This document shows, piece by piece, positions 54,101 to 60,100 of a DNA stretch of 64,000 nt. The notes under the pieces are model-generated. The model had not been told where the DNA came from. It saw nothing but the letters and a program-made list of their open reading frames with translations, and made no database searches. The position numbers and the translations under genes are program-made. This DNA is from Podarcis liolepis (taxonomy: Eukaryota): the NCBI GenBank assembly GCA_965112155.1, contig OZ218098.1; one strand, written 5' to 3'. Every line of letters begins with the position of its first letter. Position 1 is the stretch's first letter.

Positions 54101-57100
54101 AGTCTGGAGCAGGCCAACTGTAGATGGTGGTAGCGAGATAAATGGATATTACCTTGAGAAACGGGATAAGAAAAGTCTAAGCTGGTTCAAGGTGTCTAAA
54201 GAAACCATTCGTGACACCAGGCAGAAAGTGACGGGACTAACAGAAAGCAGTGAATATCAGTTCAGAGTTTCTGCTGTGAATGCAGCTGGGCAAGGTCCCT
54301 TCTCTGACGCATCGGACTTCTACAAAGCTGAAGATCCTATAGGTAAGAAACCTTTCATTGGATTGTGCAAAAATGCAAAGGTCAAATTATACACATTCTT
54401 GAAACTGTGTAAGGGCATATATTGCTCTAAGTTATTGCTATTAGTTGTCAGGGTTGTCAAGTCTCATTTTTGTTACTTGCATTTTGCAGAAAAACCTGGG
54501 CCACCTCTTAAGCTAAAAGTTGTGGATACTACAAAGACATCTGTCACACTCAGCTGGACTAAACCAGCCTATGATGGAGGAAGTGCAATTACCAGCTATG
54601 CTATTGAAAAGAGAGAAGGGGAAGAAGAAGAATGGACTCTGGTCAGTGCAAGAGGAGAAGTGCGAACCACAGAGTATGTTGTTTCTCACCTTCAGCCAGG
54701 AATCAATTACTACTTCCGTGTAGCTGCTATAAATTATGCTGGACAAGGTGAACCCATTGAAATGACAGAAGCTGTACAAGCTAAAGACATACTTGGTATG
54801 TAAATTCTATTATTATATTTAATATTCAGTATTTTCATCTTTTCCCCAAATACGAATTATTTTTCTTTTAACTTAATTTTATTATTATTTTATGTTTTGC
54901 AGAGGAGGCACAGATTGATCTAGATGTTGCTCTCAGAACCTCCATTGTGGCTAAAGCAGGTGAAGATGTACAGATAATGATTCCATTCAAAGGAAGACCA
55001 CCTCCAACTGTCACATGGAGAAAGGGTGACAAAAATCTAGGTGTTGATGAAAGATACAGCATTCAGAACACAGAATCGTCCACACTCCTTAGTATTCCTC
55101 AAGTCACTCGCAATGACACAGGAAAATATGTCCTCACTATTGAGAATGGAGTTGGAAAACCCAAAACTTCATTTGTGAACGTTAAAGTCCTTGACACTCC
55201 ATCTGCATGCCAGAGACTGCATCTTAAACATGTTTCTCGTGGAACTGTGACATTGGTATGGGACCCACCACTCATCAATGGTGGTTCTGAAGTAACAAAT
55301 TATGTCATTGACAAAAGAGATGCCACAAAGAGAGCATGGTCCTCTGTTACAGCCAAGTGCTCTAATACATCATTTAAGATAACTGACTTGTCAGAGAAGA
55401 TCCCATACTTCTTCCGTGTTCTTGCAGAAAATGAAAATGGATTGGGTGAACCATGTGAAACTTCAGAACCAGTGAAAGCAGCAGAAGTCCCTGGACCTGT
55501 ACGGGATCTGGCCATGAAAGATTCAACAAAGACGTCTGTCACTTTACAGTGGAGCAAACCTGAATTTGATGGTGGTAGTATCATAACTGATTACGTTATT
55601 GAGAAGAAACTGAAGGATGAACATGAATGGTCATATGCAGGGGCAAGTAAAGCATGCGAATTTGAAGTTGAAAAACTTAAGGAGCTTTCTGTTATGGAGT
55701 TCAGAGTTTCTGCAAAGAATGAAAAAGGAAGAAGTGATTTTTCTGTAATTGGACCCATTACAGTGAAAGACTATGTAATAACACCTGAAGCAGACCTTTC
55801 TGATATACCTGGAGGACAAGTAACAGTGAGAATAGGTTATAATGTACATGTTGAATTACCATATAAGGGAAAGCCCAAGCCAACTATGAGCTGGCTGAAA
55901 GACAACATTCCTCTTAAAGAAAGTGAACAGGTTCGCTTCAAGAAAACTGAAAACAAAATAACTTTAAGCATTAAGAACGTGAAAAAAGAAAATGGTGGCA
56001 AATATACCTTAATTCTTGATAATGGTGTTCACAGGAAGTCATTCCCAATCACAGTTATAACACTTGGCCCACCATCTAAGCCCAAGGGACCCATTAAACT
56101 AGACGAAATCAGAGCAGATAGTATGGTTCTTTCATGGGGTGTTCCTGAAGATGATGGGGGAGGAGAAATCACCGGCTACAGCGTTGAGAAGCGTGAAACC
56201 TCACAGACCAACTGGAAAATGATCTGTTCTAGTGTGTCAAGGACAACCTTCAAAGTTCCCAACCTTGTTAAAGATGCAGAGTATCAGTTCAGAGTCCGCG
56301 CAGAAAACAGATACGGAGTGAGCCCACCACTAAACTCCATTGAGGTCATAGCAAAACACCAGTTCAAACCACCAGGTTCACCAGGGAAGCCTGTTGTTTA
56401 CAATGTGACAGCTGATGGAATGACCATATCTTGGGATGCTCCGGTCTATGACGGAGGAGCAGAAATTACTGGATACCATGTTGAAAAGAAAGAACGAAAT
56501 AGCATATTGTGGCAGAAAGTCAATTTGTCACCAATATCTAATAGAGAATACAGAATTACTGGATTAATGGATGGTTTGGACTACCAGTTCCGTGTATATG
56601 CAGAAAACTCTGCTGGATTAAGCTCCGCTAGTGATCCAAGCAAATTTGCCTTGGCCGTTTCCCCAGTAGGTAAGTGACTGATCACTGAATATAATGCACC
56701 TGTCTCAACACGCTGTTGGAATTTATGCTGAATTATATTACTATTAATGCACCTGTGTTTCTTTCAGATCCACCTGGCACCCCTGATTACATTGATGTGA
56801 CTAGGGAGACTATTACTCTGAAGTGGACAGCACCTCTGCGTGATGGAGGCAGCAAGATTGTGGGCTACAGTATTGAGAAACGTCAAGGAAGTGGTGATCG
56901 CTGGGTCAGATGCAATTTTATTGATGTCAGTGAATGCCAGTATACAGCTACAGGACTTAGCCCCGGCGATCGGTATGAATTCAGAATACTTGCAAGAAAC
57001 GCTGTTGGAACTATCAGCCCTCCTTCTCAGTCTTCGGGCTATATCATGACCAGAGATGAAGCCGGTAAGCCTTATTTATAAGCATGTTACGTGTAAGCTC

Positions 57101-60100
57101 TCCTAAAGTTTATGGGCCACCGCACTTTATTTACAGCCAATGGCTGTATTACTGAATGACTTTGAATTCTGGCGACTATCTCACTATCTGCTAAGCAACT
57201 GATTAACACTGCCCATTGCTACTAACACTGTAAATCAGGAGTAGGCAACCTTTTCCATCCAAAGCACACAGTCCCTCATGGATAATCTTCATGGGGACAC
57301 ATGCTTGGTGTGGACAGCAGAGGCAAAAATGGACAGAGCAGTGGATGTGGCTCTTACTTTTGTTCAGTAGGCTACATTCCAGACATGCAAAAATAAGAGG
57401 CTTCTACTTTTCTCTCTCTCCCTCTCTTATGTCTCTCAGAAGGAAAATGACTGTGTGTGTGTTTGTGTGTGTGTGTATCTTTGTATTAATGTAACATTTT
57501 CATATACAGCTGTGTATTTTTGTAATATTTTGTTTAAGTTGTCTGTTTTTGCTTCAGTTTTCTGTACAGCATTTTGAGTTATTTTTAATATAGTAAGTGA
57601 TGTACAAATTAGTTAATCAATCAATCCTCGATGTAGCCAAGCAAGGGGTATTATCACTCTTCAGAGACACATTCCAGTCATGCAAAAGCACTTGAGCAGA
57701 CTTCCTCATCCTCAGCCCTCCAGATGTTTTGAGACTACAATTCCCATCATCCCTGATCACTGATCCTGCTAGCTAGGGATCATGGGAGTTGTAGGCCAAA
57801 AATATCTGGAGGGCCGAGGTTGAGGAAGCCTGCACTTGAGGAATGTGTGAAGCTGCCTCAGAGAGGGTTATGACTTGAGGAGAGTGGGGATGACTGACTA
57901 GGGAAAATCCTGAGGGCTAACTGGAAAGCTTGGGCTTCCTCATCCCTGCTGCAAAAGATCATAAACGTGAACTGAGTGACTCAATTTTTAAAAAAAACCA
58001 CAAACTGATATTATGCGGAAGTTTTGTATTTACTATTAAGTGACACTCTGACATAAAATAACTAGTATAGCTCTTTATATTGTTTTGTAAGAAAATACAT
58101 TGCTGACCATTAAGTGAACATTATTTTACTTCTTTTTATTCTTTAGTTGCGCCAAATATTGAGTTCGGTGCCGAACATTTCGAAGGTCTTACAGTGAAAG
58201 CTGGGGAAAGCATAAGGTTTAAAGTTTTCATCACAGGCCGGCCAGTTCCTCAGGTGATGTGGTATAAAGATGGACAAGAGATTGACAAGAGGCTGAATAT
58301 GGAAATAAACAATGCTATTGGCTATAGCACCTTGTTTGTTAGAGATGCTTCCCGGGAACATCGTGGAGTATACAGAATAGAAGCCAAGAATGCATCGGGC
58401 ACCAGACAGGCAGACATAACCATAAGAGTACACGGTAACTTTCCTTATATGAAATTGAGCAACTTTTATTTAGCATTCTGTTCATTCTATATTAAAATAA
58501 GAACAGATAAAAATAACTGATAATTGACTGTTACAGATACCCCAGGAAAAGTCGGTGGGCCAATACGATTCACCAATGTTACTGAAGAGAAGGCGTCATT
58601 GTGGTGGGAGGCGCCTGCTAACGATGGCTGTGCAGCCATTACTCATTACGTGATTGAAAAGCGTGAGACCAGCCGAGTATCCTGGGCATTGATTGAAGAC
58701 CACTGTGAAACATGCAGCTACACAGCACACAAATTAATAAAGGGCAATGAATACCAGTTCCGTATCTCAGCAGCTAACAAGTTTGGTGTCGGCAGGCCAC
58801 TGGAATCTGATCCAATCGTAGCACAGGCACATTATAGTAAGTTTACATTAAATTGAGAAATCTTAAATTACAGTGTTGGCAACCTTGTTGAGGATGTTAT
58901 CTGATTGGCTTCTTTTATTTTACAGCTGTCCCTGAGGCTCCTGGCACTCCAGAACCAAGCAACGTAACAGGAAACAGCATTACACTTACATGGACAAGGC
59001 CAGCATCAGATGGTGGAAGTGACATTAACCAATATATCTTGGAGAGGAGAGAAAAGAAAAGTATTCTCTGGGTTAAAGTGTCCAGCAAGAGGCCCATTTC
59101 TGAGACACGGTTCAGAGTCACAGGCCTAACCGAAGGCAATGAATATGAGTTCCATGTCATGGCGGAAAATAACGCAGGAGTTGGGCCGCCAAGTGGTGTC
59201 TCAAGGCTGATTAAATGCAGAGAGGCAGTTCATCCACCAAGTGCTCCTACTGTTGTCAAAGTGACCGACACATCAAAGACAAGTGTCAGCTTGGAATGGA
59301 CCAGGCCTGTTTTCGATGGAGGCCTGGAAATAATTGGCTACATCATCGAAATGTGCAAAGCAGATTTAGGAGAATGGCATAAAGTCAATGCTGAGACTTG
59401 CATTGCTACCAAGTACACTGTGGTTGATCTAGAACCAAACGAAAACTACAAATTCCGAGTCAGTGCTGTAAATGGTGCAGGCAAAGGAGAAAGCTGTGAA
59501 GTTTCTGCTTCGGTGCAAACAATAGATAGACTCTCTTCACCAGAACTTGATATTGATGCTAGCTTCAAGCAGACACATATTGTCAGAGCAGGTGCAACTA
59601 TCCGTCTGTTTATTGCCTTCAAGGGCAGACCTGTTCCTACTGCTGTATGGTCCAAAGCAGATTCATCTCTTAGCCTGCGTGCTGACATACATACAACAGA
59701 CTCATTCAGTACATTAACTGTGGAGAACTGTAACAGAACAGATGCTGGCAAATACATATTGACTGTAGAAAACAACAGTGGTAAGAAATCTGTTGCCTTC
59801 ACTGTTAAAGTACTAGACACTCCAGGGCCACCAGGGCCCATTACATTTAAGGATGTGACCAGAGACTCTATCACTTTAATGTGGGATGCTCCTATTTTGG
59901 ATGGAGGTGCTCGCATCCATCATTATGTCGTGGAGAAGCGAGAAGCAAGCCGTCGCAGCTGGCAGGTTGTCAATGAAAAATGTACTCGTCAAATTGCTAA
60001 GGTCACAGATCTTGCAGAAGGTGTGCCCTATTTTTACCGTGTTTCAGCAGAAAATGAATATGGAATAGGTGAACCTTGTGAATTAACAGAGCCAGTTGTA

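Larger units (their letters stand above)
57236..57948. mobile_element. Old non-autonomous hAT-like element hosting nested insertions
   Basis: Ends caggagtaggcaacc and ggcttcctcatccctg (degenerate TIR); flanks ctgtaaat and ctgcaaaa (6/8 TSD match). Confidence 0.5.
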
